A DNA stretch of 32,000 nt from contig CAVRAI010000014.1 in assembly GCA_963718915.1 (NCBI GenBank), forward strand, positions 30,001-62,000, in the 5' to 3' direction. The notes under the pieces were generated by a model that did no database searches, was not told the DNA's origin, and was given only the letters and a program-made list of their open reading frames with translations. The translations under genes were made by a program, and so were the position numbers. This stretch comes from an uncultured Chloroflexia bacterium. Lineage in GTDB: Bacteria > Chloroflexota > Ktedonobacteria > Ktedonobacterales > JADMIN01. Positions 15,193 through 23,679 of this stretch are shown one piece after another (positions within the stretch are counted from its first letter, which is position 1; the number at the start of each line of letters is the position of its first letter).

Positions 15193-15362
15193 GATTGCAT
15201 TATCATACTTAAAGCATGCATGTTGTCAAGGCGAACAGCCTGTTCATCCCGTGGATAACGCCAAGGGGCTTTCTGGCCAGTTTGCTGTAAACTATGATGT
15301 AGTCCAGCAGGCGCATGCGCGTAGCTCGTCCCCGTAGCGCGACATCCAGCAGGATCATCGTG

Positions 15363-16484
15363 ATGAGCGCCTTTCAACTGACCAATCACGCACAGACCAT
15401 CATCTTCGGCCCTGGCTCCGTTGCCCGGCTTGGCGACGCGGTGGCCGAGGCTGGATGGCGGCGCGTCATGCTCTGCGCCACCCCCAGCTTCCGCGCACGC
15501 GGACACCTCGCGCCAATTGAGGCCGCGCTGGGCGAGCGGCTGGCGATCACGTTCGAGGATGTGCAGCCGCACGTTCCCGCGCTTCAGGTTGCCGATGCCG
15601 CCGCGCTGGCCGACCAGTATCAGGTGGACGTCGTGCTTGGCCTCGGCGGCGGAAGCTCCATCGGCACCGCTAAGGCTGTCAGCGCCACGCTGGCGCCGCA
15701 ACCAGCCGCCCCGCGCGTCGCGGTGATCGCCATCCCTACCACCTACGCCGGTTCGGAGATGACCCCCGTCTTCGGCGTCACCGAGCGGGCGGACGGCGGC
15801 ACGCGCAAAGTCACCCGTAGCGACGCTAGCGTCACGCCCCGGCTCGTCATCTATGATCCGCTGCTGACGCTCGATCTGCCTCCACACATGACGGCAGGCA
15901 CGGGCATCAACGCCATCGCCCATTGCGTCGAGGCGCTCTACTCCACTGCGCGCAATCCGCTCGCCTCGGCGGCGGCATCCGGCGGGCTGCGGGCGATCTC
16001 CCACGCGCTGCTCCGCTGCTATACCCACGGCGACGATGTGGAGGCGCGCGACGAGATGCTCGGCGGCGCGTTCCTGGCGGGCACGGCGCTGGCCCACGTG
16101 GCGATGGGGCTACATCACGGCATCTGCCACATCATCGGCGGCGCAACCGGGGTCGCTCATGGTGACGCCAACAGTGTCATGCTCCCGCATGTGATGCGCT
16201 TCCACGCGCAGGCAATCGCCCCTCAACTTGCCGAGGCGGCGGTCGCAATGGGCAGCGCTGCGGCGGGGCAGAGAGACGAGGCGCTGGCATCGGCTGCTGC
16301 CCGGCAGGTCGCCAACTGGGTGGCCGCGATGGGGCTGCCCTCGCGCCTGCGTGAGTTGGGTATCCAGGAGCGGCAACTCCCCGAACTGGCGCGGTTGGCC
16401 TTCGCCAGTCGCACCGTCCAAAACGACCCACGCCCCATCGGCGATGTCGCCGAGATCGAAACGTTGTTGCGTGAAGCGTGGTGA
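15363..16484 (+). CDS. Iron-containing alcohol dehydrogenase family, maleylacetate reductase-like
   Basis: GLGGGSSIGTAKAV, INAIAHCVEALYS, GLHHGICHIIGG, GVAHGDANSVMLPHVMRF. Length and N-terminus (FGPGSVARL) fit maleylacetate reductases. Confidence 0.75.
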   Translation: MSAFQLTNHAQTIIFGPGSVARLGDAVAEAGWRRVMLCATPSFRARGHLAPIEAALGERLAITFEDVQPHVPALQVADAAALADQYQVDVVLGLGGGSSIGTAKAVSATLAPQPAAPRVAVIAIPTTYAGSEMTPVFGVTERADGGTRKVTRSDASVTPRLVIYDPLLTLDLPPHMTAGTGINAIAHCVEALYSTARNPLASAAASGGLRAISHALLRCYTHGDDVEARDEMLGGAFLAGTALAHVAMGLHHGICHIIGGATGVAHGDANSVMLPHVMRFHAQAIAPQLAEAAVAMGSAAAGQRDEALASAAARQVANWVAAMGLPSRLRELGIQERQLPELARLAFASRTVQNDPRPIGDVAEIETLLREAW

Positions 16485-16639
16485 TGTGCGTCGTGGCGCA
16501 TGCTGCTGTGCGCCGAACTCGTAGCGCGTCGGACTATTCCGTCCTTCTGGCTCCGAAGACAGATCGTAGCGCGGCGCCTGTCGGCATCCCCATCGCGAGG
16601 GCGCGGCAGACAGGTAGCGGGTAAGAGGAGAGGCTATCA

Positions 16640-17461
16640 GTGGCAATCAATCCGATGGACTACAGCGCCAAAGATACCGTTCTCGACGTAGTGCGTACCG
16701 AGCGGGGCAAGTTCTACTCGATCATCGATGTCCCGCGGAACTGGGAGTCGCCCACACGCAGCGGTCACTGGGAGGTGCGCGACCTCGTCGGCCATATGAT
16801 CGACGTCACCGAAGGCTACCTCACCCGCTGGGATTTGGCGCAGCGTGGCGAGCCTGCCGAGGCGCTGGGCCTGCTGGTGATGGCGCAGGAGCTTGACCGG
16901 GTCGCGCTGACCTTCCGCGATCTTCCCCGCGACCAGGCGATCTCGCGGCTGAAGGCGGACTCCGACCGGCTGATGACTATCTTCGATGGCCTCACCGCCG
17001 ACCAGTGGGGCGGCTTCAACGTCACCCATGTCTTCATGGGACCGCTGCCCACCTTCTTCTATCCCGCCTTCCAGATTATGGACTATGGCGTGCATAGCTG
17101 GGATATGCGCTGGGGGCTGGGCGACAAAAATGGCGAGCTGGATCAGCGGACCGCCGGAGTGCTTGTCCCCTACATGTTCATTCTGATGATGTCAACGGTG
17201 GATCAGGAGTCGGCGAAGGATGTGGACATCGACTATGGCATCGTCGTCGATGGCGACTGGGGCGGCAAGTGGCGCGTACACGTCAAGGACGGGCAGTTCA
17301 CCTATGAGCCCGCGGATGACGTCTCGAATCTGCCAGCCACCATTCGCTATGAAGATGAGTCTGAGTTCGTGCTGACGACCTTCGGGCGCATCGAGGGCGG
17401 CGTCGCAACCGGCGACCCACAGGTGATCGCCAAGGCGCGCACGCTCTTCTTCCGAATTTGA
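16640..17461 (+). CDS. DinB-like / mycothiol-dependent maleylpyruvate isomerase N-terminal-domain family protein
   Basis: HWEVRDLVGHMIDVTEGY metal-binding-type motif. GTG start with GAGGAG upstream. Confidence 0.6.
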   Translation: MAINPMDYSAKDTVLDVVRTERGKFYSIIDVPRNWESPTRSGHWEVRDLVGHMIDVTEGYLTRWDLAQRGEPAEALGLLVMAQELDRVALTFRDLPRDQAISRLKADSDRLMTIFDGLTADQWGGFNVTHVFMGPLPTFFYPAFQIMDYGVHSWDMRWGLGDKNGELDQRTAGVLVPYMFILMMSTVDQESAKDVDIDYGIVVDGDWGGKWRVHVKDGQFTYEPADDVSNLPATIRYEDESEFVLTTFGRIEGGVATGDPQVIAKARTLFFRI

Positions 17462-17471
17462 GATGGCGGTG

Positions 17472-17890
17472 GGTAAGCAGGCCGTAGCGTGAACGCTCCG
17501 GCGCATGGGCCTGGGAGGCGGGAAATTCGCCGTAGCATTATGCAGTTTTAGAAAGTACGAGGGACATGCGCGGAGGGGCGCGGGCGGTTCAAACCGCGCC
17601 TGAAGGGCCTACGGCCACCAAGTCCGCCGTCGCGGACTCCCAGACCGTGTCCCAACGCGCTCCCCGTTGGCGCAGGGTTCTGGGCACCCCGCGCAGGCGG
17701 GTTGCGTGGCGGAGCGTGCGCAGCAGGTGCAGCAGGCGCAGCAGGCGAGGCCCTTCAGGCGCGACTTCAGTCGCCAGCCTCCTGGCGTGCCCCTCCTATT
17801 TTGTAAAACCGCATGTATGCTACGGCCTGCCTTGCCCACCACGACGTAGGGTGTTCGGAAGAACAAGTGAAAGTACACTATGCCACGACG
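17472..17890. repeat. Composite REP-like hairpin array (expanded copy with nested insertion)
   Basis: Chain of 4-10 bp GC stems with 3-4 nt loops: GCCGTAGCG-TGAA-CGCTCCGGC, GCGGT-TCAA-ACCGC, GGCC-TAC-GGCC, GTCCGC-CGTC-GCGGAC, CCCGC-GCAG-GCGGG, GCGAC-TTCA-GTCGC. Also (GCAGCAGGY)x3. Outer parts are the reverse complement of 5094-5215. Confidence 0.75.
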
Positions 17891-18028
17891 GGCATTCGCT
17901 CACAGTAAACGCCGCCATACCAGTGCGACATGTAGAACACGACTCTAGCTTCCCTCCCTTTGAGGGGAAGGGATGGGGAGAGGGTTGTGGCATAACACAC
18001 CCAGATTCCATACCAGGAGACGATTCAC

Positions 18029-18577
18029 ATGGCTAAAATACAGGTGCAGGGCGTCCATCACCTCACCTTCGTTGGCTCCAACCGCGATGCGATCATCGAT
18101 TTCTATCAGGGCGTACTCGGCATGCGGCTGGTGCTTGACCAGCCCAATCTGGACGTGCCCAACGAGGAACACCTGTATTTCGATGCTGGCGATGGTCGCC
18201 TGCTGACCTACTTCGTCCGTCCGACGCGCGAGAACGACACCACGCCCAATCCCGAAGACATCGGCAATCTGCATCATATGGCGCTCACCGTCTCGCATGC
18301 GGTCTATACGCAGGTGGTCGAAAAGCTTAACGAGCTTGGCATCGAGAACACTGGCCCGATTGACCGTGGCTTCATGGATTCGATCTACTTCCGCGATCCC
18401 AATGGCCAACGGTTGGAGCTTGCCTGCTACAAGTTCGTCCCGCCAGTGGGCTGCACCATCGCCGATGTGCTGTTGCATGCCCATCGCATCCGGGTCGCGG
18501 CGGGCGATTACAATGTGAATGATAGCCACCTGGCCCAGGCCATCGAAGAACTCTCGCAGTGCCAGGAGTCCCTCTAA
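18029..18577 (+). CDS. VOC-family (glyoxalase/ring-cleaving dioxygenase-like) protein
   Basis: VHHLTFVGSNRDAIIDFYQGVLGMRLV, HHMALTV, SIYFRDPNGQRLELA. Confidence 0.8.
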   Translation: MAKIQVQGVHHLTFVGSNRDAIIDFYQGVLGMRLVLDQPNLDVPNEEHLYFDAGDGRLLTYFVRPTRENDTTPNPEDIGNLHHMALTVSHAVYTQVVEKLNELGIENTGPIDRGFMDSIYFRDPNGQRLELACYKFVPPVGCTIADVLLHAHRIRVAAGDYNVNDSHLAQAIEELSQCQESL

Positions 18578-18611
18578 CGCCTGCCCATCCGCTGCGCGAG
18601 GAGTCTGAGCC

Positions 18612-19211
18612 ATGCGCGATCTGCATCTGTGGGCCTTCGAGCGCGGCACGCTCTGGGTGCGTGAATGCGGCGGGAAAGACGTTGCGCTGGTCGTCCTTGG
18701 GCGAGAAGCGATGCTGAGAGAGGCACAGTCTGGTGACACCGAGGCGCTCGCCTGTGCGATGGGGCTTGCCGAGACGACCGAGGTGCGGCGACGCTTCGAC
18801 GCTGGGCGGCGCTGCTTCGTCGCGCTGGTGGACGGCTCCATCGCTACGTACGGCTGGGTGTCGCATGGCGTCGAGAGCATCGGCGAGCTGGAGCGCTCGT
18901 TTCGCATGGCGCCGGATGAAGCGTACATCTGGGACTGCGCGACGCTGCCACCCTATCGCGGTCAGCATCTCTATTGCGCCCTGCTCGATCACATTGTTAC
19001 GACGCTATGCCGCGATGGCACGCGCCGCATCTGGATCGGCGCGTCGCTCGATAACACTCCCTCGATTCGCGGATTCGCCGCCGCTGGCTTCCAGCCGGTG
19101 CTCACGCTGACCTACCTCCGGCTGCTGGGCATCCGTCGCGTCTGGATGGCGGGCGATTCGGCGGCCTCGCCAGCGCTGGTCACACGCGCGCGGGAATGCC
19201 TGGCGGTGTAA
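18612..19211 (+). CDS. GNAT-family N-acetyltransferase
   Basis: ATLPPYRGQHLYCALLDHIVTTLCRDGTRRIWIGASLDNTPSIRGFAAAGFQPV (motif A/B region). Confidence 0.7.
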   Translation: MRDLHLWAFERGTLWVRECGGKDVALVVLGREAMLREAQSGDTEALACAMGLAETTEVRRRFDAGRRCFVALVDGSIATYGWVSHGVESIGELERSFRMAPDEAYIWDCATLPPYRGQHLYCALLDHIVTTLCRDGTRRIWIGASLDNTPSIRGFAAAGFQPVLTLTYLRLLGIRRVWMAGDSAASPALVTRARECLAV

Positions 19212-19305
19212 ATAGTGGGCCACCTTCGCGGCATGATGTCGTTTTAGAATGACCTCCGAACAGCGTGCTGGGGTGGGCGTGCCGGACCATGAATGCCCCG
19301 GCGAG

Positions 19306-19686
19306 TGGGGGCGGAAATTCGCCGTAGCGTTAACGCTACGGCCTGCTCACCTCACCGCAATGCCCGTGTCCGCCACACATGCTACAACTGCATCAGGCCC
19401 TGGCGAATTGCCCCGCCCTCCCGTTGCATACCCTCGCATGCGCCCATTCGCCGTAGCGTGAACGCTACGGCCAGCCTCGCCCGCTACACCGCGCGGTGTT
19501 CGGAATAAAAAGTGAAAACCACATCATGCCGCAGCTCATCACGTCCGCACGACGATCTCTGGACGGCTCGCCCTACCATCTGCATGTGGGCGATCCGAGC
19601 GCAGCGTTTTGCGCTCTGCAGCCCGCGTAGGCGGGCTTTGTCGCCGAACGGAGCGAGGCGCTTAGGCGCGGCTTCAACCGCCAGCC
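19306..19686. repeat. REP-like hairpin array
   Basis: GCCGTAGCG-TTAA-CGCTACGGC (19321-19342), GCCGTAGCG-TGAA-CGCTACGGC (19450-19471), CCCGC-GTAG-GCGGG, GCGGC-TTCAA-CCGC. Shares modules with 5094-5238, 17472-17890 and 29006-29172. Confidence 0.75.
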
Positions 19687-19700
19687 ATAGGAGGACCACC

Positions 19701-20276
19701 GTGACCGATCAACATCAGCCATTAGAGAACGAGTATGTGGATGAGGTGAATGCGTTTCGCCAGGAGAAAGATCGCTTCTTCGCCACCGCGCAGCAGTCGC
19801 CAATTCCTCGCGAGGAGCGTGGCGACAATTTCGGCGGGCTGAACTACTACCCGCCCGATCCGGCGTATCTGGTTGCCGTCGAGGTCACGCCATTCGAGCA
19901 TCCCGATGTGATAGAGATGGCCACCTCTACAGGCGACATCCGCCCGCAGACGCGCTACGCCGAGCTACGTTTCCGCATCGGCGACGAGGAACTGCGCCTC
20001 GTCGGGTTCACCGATCCCGATGTCAGCCACACACACGAGCTTTTCGTGCCTTTCCGCGACGCCACCTCCGGCCACGAGACGTATGGCGCCGGGCGCTATC
20101 TGGAGATCGAACTGGAGCATCACGCCGACAACTCGCACACTGCCACCATCGACTTCAACCTGGCGTATAACCCCTACTGCGCCTACAGTCCCTACTATAA
20201 CTGCCCGATCCCGCCCGCCGAGAATACGCTACCCGTCGCCATCACAGCGGGTGAGCGCAACTACAGTGGGCATTGA
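19701..20276 (+). CDS. DUF1684 domain protein
   Basis: FRQEKDRFF, GLNYYPPDPAY, FVPFRDATSG.ETYGAGRYLE, DFNLAYNPYCAY. GTG 19701 has TAGGAGGA upstream. The track ORF starting at 19512 runs through repeats. Confidence 0.8.
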   Translation: MTDQHQPLENEYVDEVNAFRQEKDRFFATAQQSPIPREERGDNFGGLNYYPPDPAYLVAVEVTPFEHPDVIEMATSTGDIRPQTRYAELRFRIGDEELRLVGFTDPDVSHTHELFVPFRDATSGHETYGAGRYLEIELEHHADNSHTATIDFNLAYNPYCAYSPYYNCPIPPAENTLPVAITAGERNYSGH

Positions 20277-20286
20277 GAGGCGCGCA

Positions 20287-21282
20287 ATGACCGATCAAGC
20301 ATCGCCCGAAGAGAGCGCGGAGATCAGTTGGCCGCTAGACGCGACGACCATCGATGGAACACTGGTCAGACCATCCGGCGCCGGCCCATTCCCCGCCGTG
20401 GCAATGGTGGCGGGCAGCGGCCCGACGGATCGTGACTGGAATTCGCCGCTTCTTCCTGGACCCAACGGCAGCGCCCGTCTGCTTGCGCAGGCGCTGGCGC
20501 AGGCTGGAATCGCGTCAGTGCGCTACGACAAGCGCGCCTCGGGTCCGCGCGCCCGCGAGAACATGCAAGTCTTGTTCGGCACGATGAGCATGCAGAGCCA
20601 CCTGGACGAGCTAGCCAGCGCCGTTCGCACTCTGGCAGGTCAGTCATACGTCCGTGACGACCAGATCTTTGCGCTCGCCAACAGCGAGGGAACCCTCCAC
20701 GCGCTGAACTACCAGATACAGAACCCCGCGATTCCCTTCGCGGGCCTCGTGCTGATCGCTCCGCCGGGGCGGCCCGTCGGCGTGGTGGCGCGCTCCCAGC
20801 TGGCGGCGCAGGCCGCTGGCATCCCGAATGGAGATGCGCTGCTTGCGCTCTACGATGAAGCCATCGCGCGGTTCCTGGCGGGAGAGCCTATGACTCCCGA
20901 CCCAGCGCTGCCGCAGGGCGTCCAGATGCTGCTACAGAGTCTGGAGACTCCGGTCAACCTGCCCTTTGCCCGCGAACTCTGGACTGCCGACGCGGCTCCC
21001 CTGCTCGCCCAGGTGGATGTCCCGGTACTCGTCGTCATCGGGAAGAAAGACCTCCAGGTGGACTGGCGGGACGATGGCGAGCCGCTCCAGCGCGCCGCCG
21101 CGGGCCACGCGAACGTGACGTTTCTCTTCCCTGAGAACGCGAATCATGTGCTCAAGTATGAGTCGCTGCCTCGGTCGGAGTTGGCGCAGCCCGAGGCGTT
21201 GCCGCGCTATAACGCGCCTGATACCCACCTGGACCCAGAGGCGCTGGCCAGCATTCTGGCGTGGCTGGCTGCCCACAGCTGA
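20287..21282 (+). CDS. Alpha/beta-fold serine hydrolase
   Basis: GPFPAVAMVAGSGPTDRD, nucleophile elbow ALANSEGT, C-terminal NANHVLK. ATG 20287 with GAGAGG upstream. The track ORF 20020 overlaps the previous gene. Confidence 0.75.
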   Translation: MTDQASPEESAEISWPLDATTIDGTLVRPSGAGPFPAVAMVAGSGPTDRDWNSPLLPGPNGSARLLAQALAQAGIASVRYDKRASGPRARENMQVLFGTMSMQSHLDELASAVRTLAGQSYVRDDQIFALANSEGTLHALNYQIQNPAIPFAGLVLIAPPGRPVGVVARSQLAAQAAGIPNGDALLALYDEAIARFLAGEPMTPDPALPQGVQMLLQSLETPVNLPFARELWTADAAPLLAQVDVPVLVVIGKKDLQVDWRDDGEPLQRAAAGHANVTFLFPENANHVLKYESLPRSELAQPEALPRYNAPDTHLDPEALASILAWLAAHS

Positions 21283-21301
21283 CGACACTTCGTCTGTTTG
21301 C

Positions 21302-22861
21302 TCATGACCCGCTCGCCAGCGGCAGCGCGACGGTGAACGTCGTCCCGGCGCCAGTTACGCTCTCGACCTCGATGTCGCCGCCGTGCGCCTGGACGATCCA
21401 CTGCGCCAGCGCAAGACCCAGCCCGGTGCCATGCTGCGTCTCGTGGAGCGGGCGGGCCGCCGAGACGACGCGGTAGAACGGCTCGAAGATGTGCGGCAGA
21501 TGCTCCGGCGCGATGCCCACGCCCGTATCGCCGACGCTGATATAGGCATGGCGGCGGTGATCGCCCAGCAGATGGGCGCGCTTCTCCAGCCGCATCGCCA
21601 CGCGGATACTTCCGCCTGTCGGCGTATAGCGCATCGCGTTCTCCAGCAGCCCGAAGAACAGCTGGCGCAACATATCGGCGTCACCCTGCACCAGAACCAC
21701 CGACGGCTCGCCCTCTCGCGGTTGCGTCGCGGCTGACGATTCGAGACTCAGCCCCTCATGCTCGGCGAGCGGACGTATCCGCGCGGTCACATCATTCAGC
21801 AGCGTCCGCAGATCGACATCGCTCCAGGGGTGCGCGTGCGCGTCCGAGGTGTCGCGCGCGAGCATCAGCATTCCCTGCACCATGCGCGCCATGTAGTCCA
21901 CCTCGGCGGTGGCTGCCTGAGTCTCGCGCAGCGCCTCTTCCAATGGCCCACTGACCTGCGCCGCGGTATCCCCGGTGGCCTGTGACGGTCCATGGAGCGC
22001 GGCCAGCCCGTCGCCAATCAGCCCACTCGCCAGTTCCGCCTCAGAGCGGATCACCGCCAGCGGTGTCTTGAGTTCGTGCGAGGCCGCCGTGGCGAACTGG
22101 CGCTGGCGAATGAATGCCAGCCGAGCCGGGCGCAGCGCGCGCTCGGTCAGGAATACCGTCGAGAGGAACGTCAGCAAGAGCGCGACGCCGTAAATGATGG
22201 CTAATGTGCGTAGCAGCTCATCTTCCTGGTGCTGCTGTCGTTCGAGCGAGGTGCCCGCGACGACGGCGCCGACAAGCTGGCCGTCCCGGACTACTTTGGT
22301 GACATAGAGCTGGTAGGTGTGCCCATTGGCGTTGACGGTGGGCGTTGCCTCACTCTGCTGGCCGCGCAGCACTGGTTGAGCCGCCGCCGCAATGGGAACG
22401 CCTAGTTGCTCGATCTGATCGGGGTCGGAGATAGCATGCCCCTGCGCGTCCAGCACCACGATGAACGTGTCGGAACTGCTGGGAGAGTAGGGCACCAGCG
22501 GCCCGTCGCCGTCGCCTTCGGGCGGCGGACCATCGTTGTCGCGCACCACCGACGAGCCGGTCGTGGCGTAGTTTTGCAGCAGTTCGACCGTCTGCTCCTG
22601 TGCCGCGCGCTGGTTGAAGATGAAGATGGCGATGGTCAGCACTGCCAGGACGATGGCGACGACCGCGACGCTGGTGAATATCAGCCGTCGGCGCGCGGCG
22701 GCAAATGGCGCCCCCGGCGGATCAGCGGGGCCGTTCACCCAGCGCCTCAGGCGTGCCACGCGCGTTGATCCTCGTGTGTTGGTCGGCGGTCTTCCCGGCG
22801 CTTTTCTCGCCGGAGGAGTCGTCTGCGTCGATTGTGTCGTCTGCGTCGTCTGCGTGCTCAT
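21302..22861 (-). CDS. Sensor histidine kinase (2 TM, HisKA + HATPase_c)
   Basis: H-box ASHELKTPLAVIRSE, N-box LLENAMRYTP, G1 VGDTGVGI, G2 GTGLGLALAQ. ATGA overlap with the response-regulator stop. Confidence 0.92.
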   Translation of the reverse strand: MSTQTTQTTQSTQTTPPARKAPGRPPTNTRGSTRVARLRRWVNGPADPPGAPFAAARRRLIFTSVAVVAIVLAVLTIAIFIFNQRAAQEQTVELLQNYATTGSSVVRDNDGPPPEGDGDGPLVPYSPSSSDTFIVVLDAQGHAISDPDQIEQLGVPIAAAAQPVLRGQQSEATPTVNANGHTYQLYVTKVVRDGQLVGAVVAGTSLERQQHQEDELLRTLAIIYGVALLLTFLSTVFLTERALRPARLAFIRQRQFATAASHELKTPLAVIRSEAELASGLIGDGLAALHGPSQATGDTAAQVSGPLEEALRETQAATAEVDYMARMVQGMLMLARDTSDAHAHPWSDVDLRTLLNDVTARIRPLAEHEGLSLESSAATQPREGEPSVVLVQGDADMLRQLFFGLLENAMRYTPTGGSIRVAMRLEKRAHLLGDHRRHAYISVGDTGVGIAPEHLPHIFEPFYRVVSAARPLHETQHGTGLGLALAQWIVQAHGGDIEVESVTGAGTTFTVALPLASGS

Positions 22862-23607
22862 GGCCAGCCGTTCGTCTGCGGCGGTGGCAGACCCGCGGCG
22901 CGCTCGCCATCGGGCAGGCGCAGCGAGTAGCCAACACCCCGGATTGTCTGTATCGTGGGCATCATCGGCGCGCCCCCGGGAACTTCCAGTTTGTCGCGGA
23001 GATGATGAATGTAAGTGTCCAGCACATTGCTGGCGGCCTCGGTGCCGTCCGGCCAGACGTGCAGCATCAACTGCTCGCGCGTCAGCACCCGGTTGGCGTT
23101 GCGCGCCAGATAGAGCAGCAGCGTAAACTCGCGCGGGGTCAGCGTGATCTGCTCCCCACCACGATAGACAACGTGCTGCAATTCATCGATGACCAGATCG
23201 CCCGCGCGTATCTGAGTGGCGTTGGCGACGGGATCGAAGGCGCGCGGACGCCGCCCCAGCGCGCGCAGGCGCGCCAGCAAGACATCCACCGGAAACGGCT
23301 TGGTCAGGTAATCATCGGCTCCGGCGTCCAGCCCGGCAACCACATCGGCGTTCTGGCCAAGCGCTGTCAGCATCAGAATTGGAATGTCATAGCTTTCGTG
23401 TCGCAGCTTCCGGGTCAGTTCGATGCCGCTCATACCGGGCAGCAGCACGTCCAGCACCAGGATATCGAACTCGTCTGGCGCCGCCGCAAGGCGCTCATAG
23501 ACCGCTTCGGCGCTGGTAAACACCTCGACGCGATGGCCGCCGCGTTCGAGATGGCGCTGATACGTGCGCGCGAGGCTCAACTCGTCTTCGGTGAGCAGCA
23601 CCTTCAT
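22858..23607 (-). CDS. OmpR/PhoB-family response regulator
   Basis: REC (ILVLDVLLPGMSG, LTKPF) plus winged helix (LTPREFTLLLYLARNANRVLTREQL, IQTIRGVGYSL). Confidence 0.92.
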   Translation of the reverse strand: MKVLLTEDELSLARTYQRHLERGGHRVEVFTSAEAVYERLAAAPDEFDILVLDVLLPGMSGIELTRKLRHESYDIPILMLTALGQNADVVAGLDAGADDYLTKPFPVDVLLARLRALGRRPRAFDPVANATQIRAGDLVIDELQHVVYRGGEQITLTPREFTLLLYLARNANRVLTREQLMLHVWPDGTEAASNVLDTYIHHLRDKLEVPGGAPMMPTIQTIRGVGYSLRLPDGERAAGLPPPQTNGWP

Positions 23608-23679
23608 TCCGGGTTCTCCTGATGGTAAGCGGGCGACTGGCTTTCATACGTCACCCCGTATCAGTCTATCACTGAGTAG

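Larger units (their letters stand above)
13908..15224 (-). mobile_element. Solo tnpB element of the IS200/IS605 (IS1341-like) family; boundaries approximate
   Basis: Contains only tnpB, with no tnpA in the window. AT-richer ends. Subterminal hairpin GTATGAT-N6-ATCATAC at 15189-15208. Ends proposed by analogy only: TTGAC immediately outside the left end (plus strand 15225-15229) and TCAA at the right end (plus strand TTGA 13908-13911). Confidence 0.5.

Noticed and set aside
14014-15258. 414-aa plus-strand ORF overlapping tnpB
   Set aside because: It is an antisense shadow ORF. The minus strand carries unmistakable TnpB RuvC/Zn-finger motifs, while the plus-frame product is Arg/Leu/Pro-rich with no motifs.
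14766-16097. 443-aa minus-strand ORF
   Set aside because: It is a shadow of the Fe-ADH gene (15363-16484) in high-GC DNA. Composition is Arg/Ala/Gly-rich and it also crosses the IS boundary.
17578-17600. tRNA T-arm-like GGCGGTTCAAACCGCGCC (also 29008-29030)
   Set aside because: No acceptor, D or anticodon arms can be drawn around it. It is one module of the hairpin repeat family.
17566-18036. ORFs lying on repeat arrays (also 19249-19508, 967-1434, 4693-5010, 5157-5354)
   Set aside because: They are composed of REP/R1 hairpin modules and translate to Arg/Pro/Ala-rich low-complexity strings without SDs.
17945-18928. 327-aa minus-strand ORF (also 18372-18992, 22705-23622, 29069-29989, 12160-12765, 1512-2186)
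   Set aside because: All lie opposite genes with clear family motifs (VOC, GNAT, response regulator, VOC-methyltransferase, TrmO, desaturase). These are typical high-GC antisense open frames.
19701-20300. Both DUF1684 and the hydrolase gene start with (V/M)TDQ (GTGACCGATCAA / ATGACCGATCAA)
   Set aside because: This is a 12-nt coincidence with no further similarity between the genes. It is not evidence of duplication.
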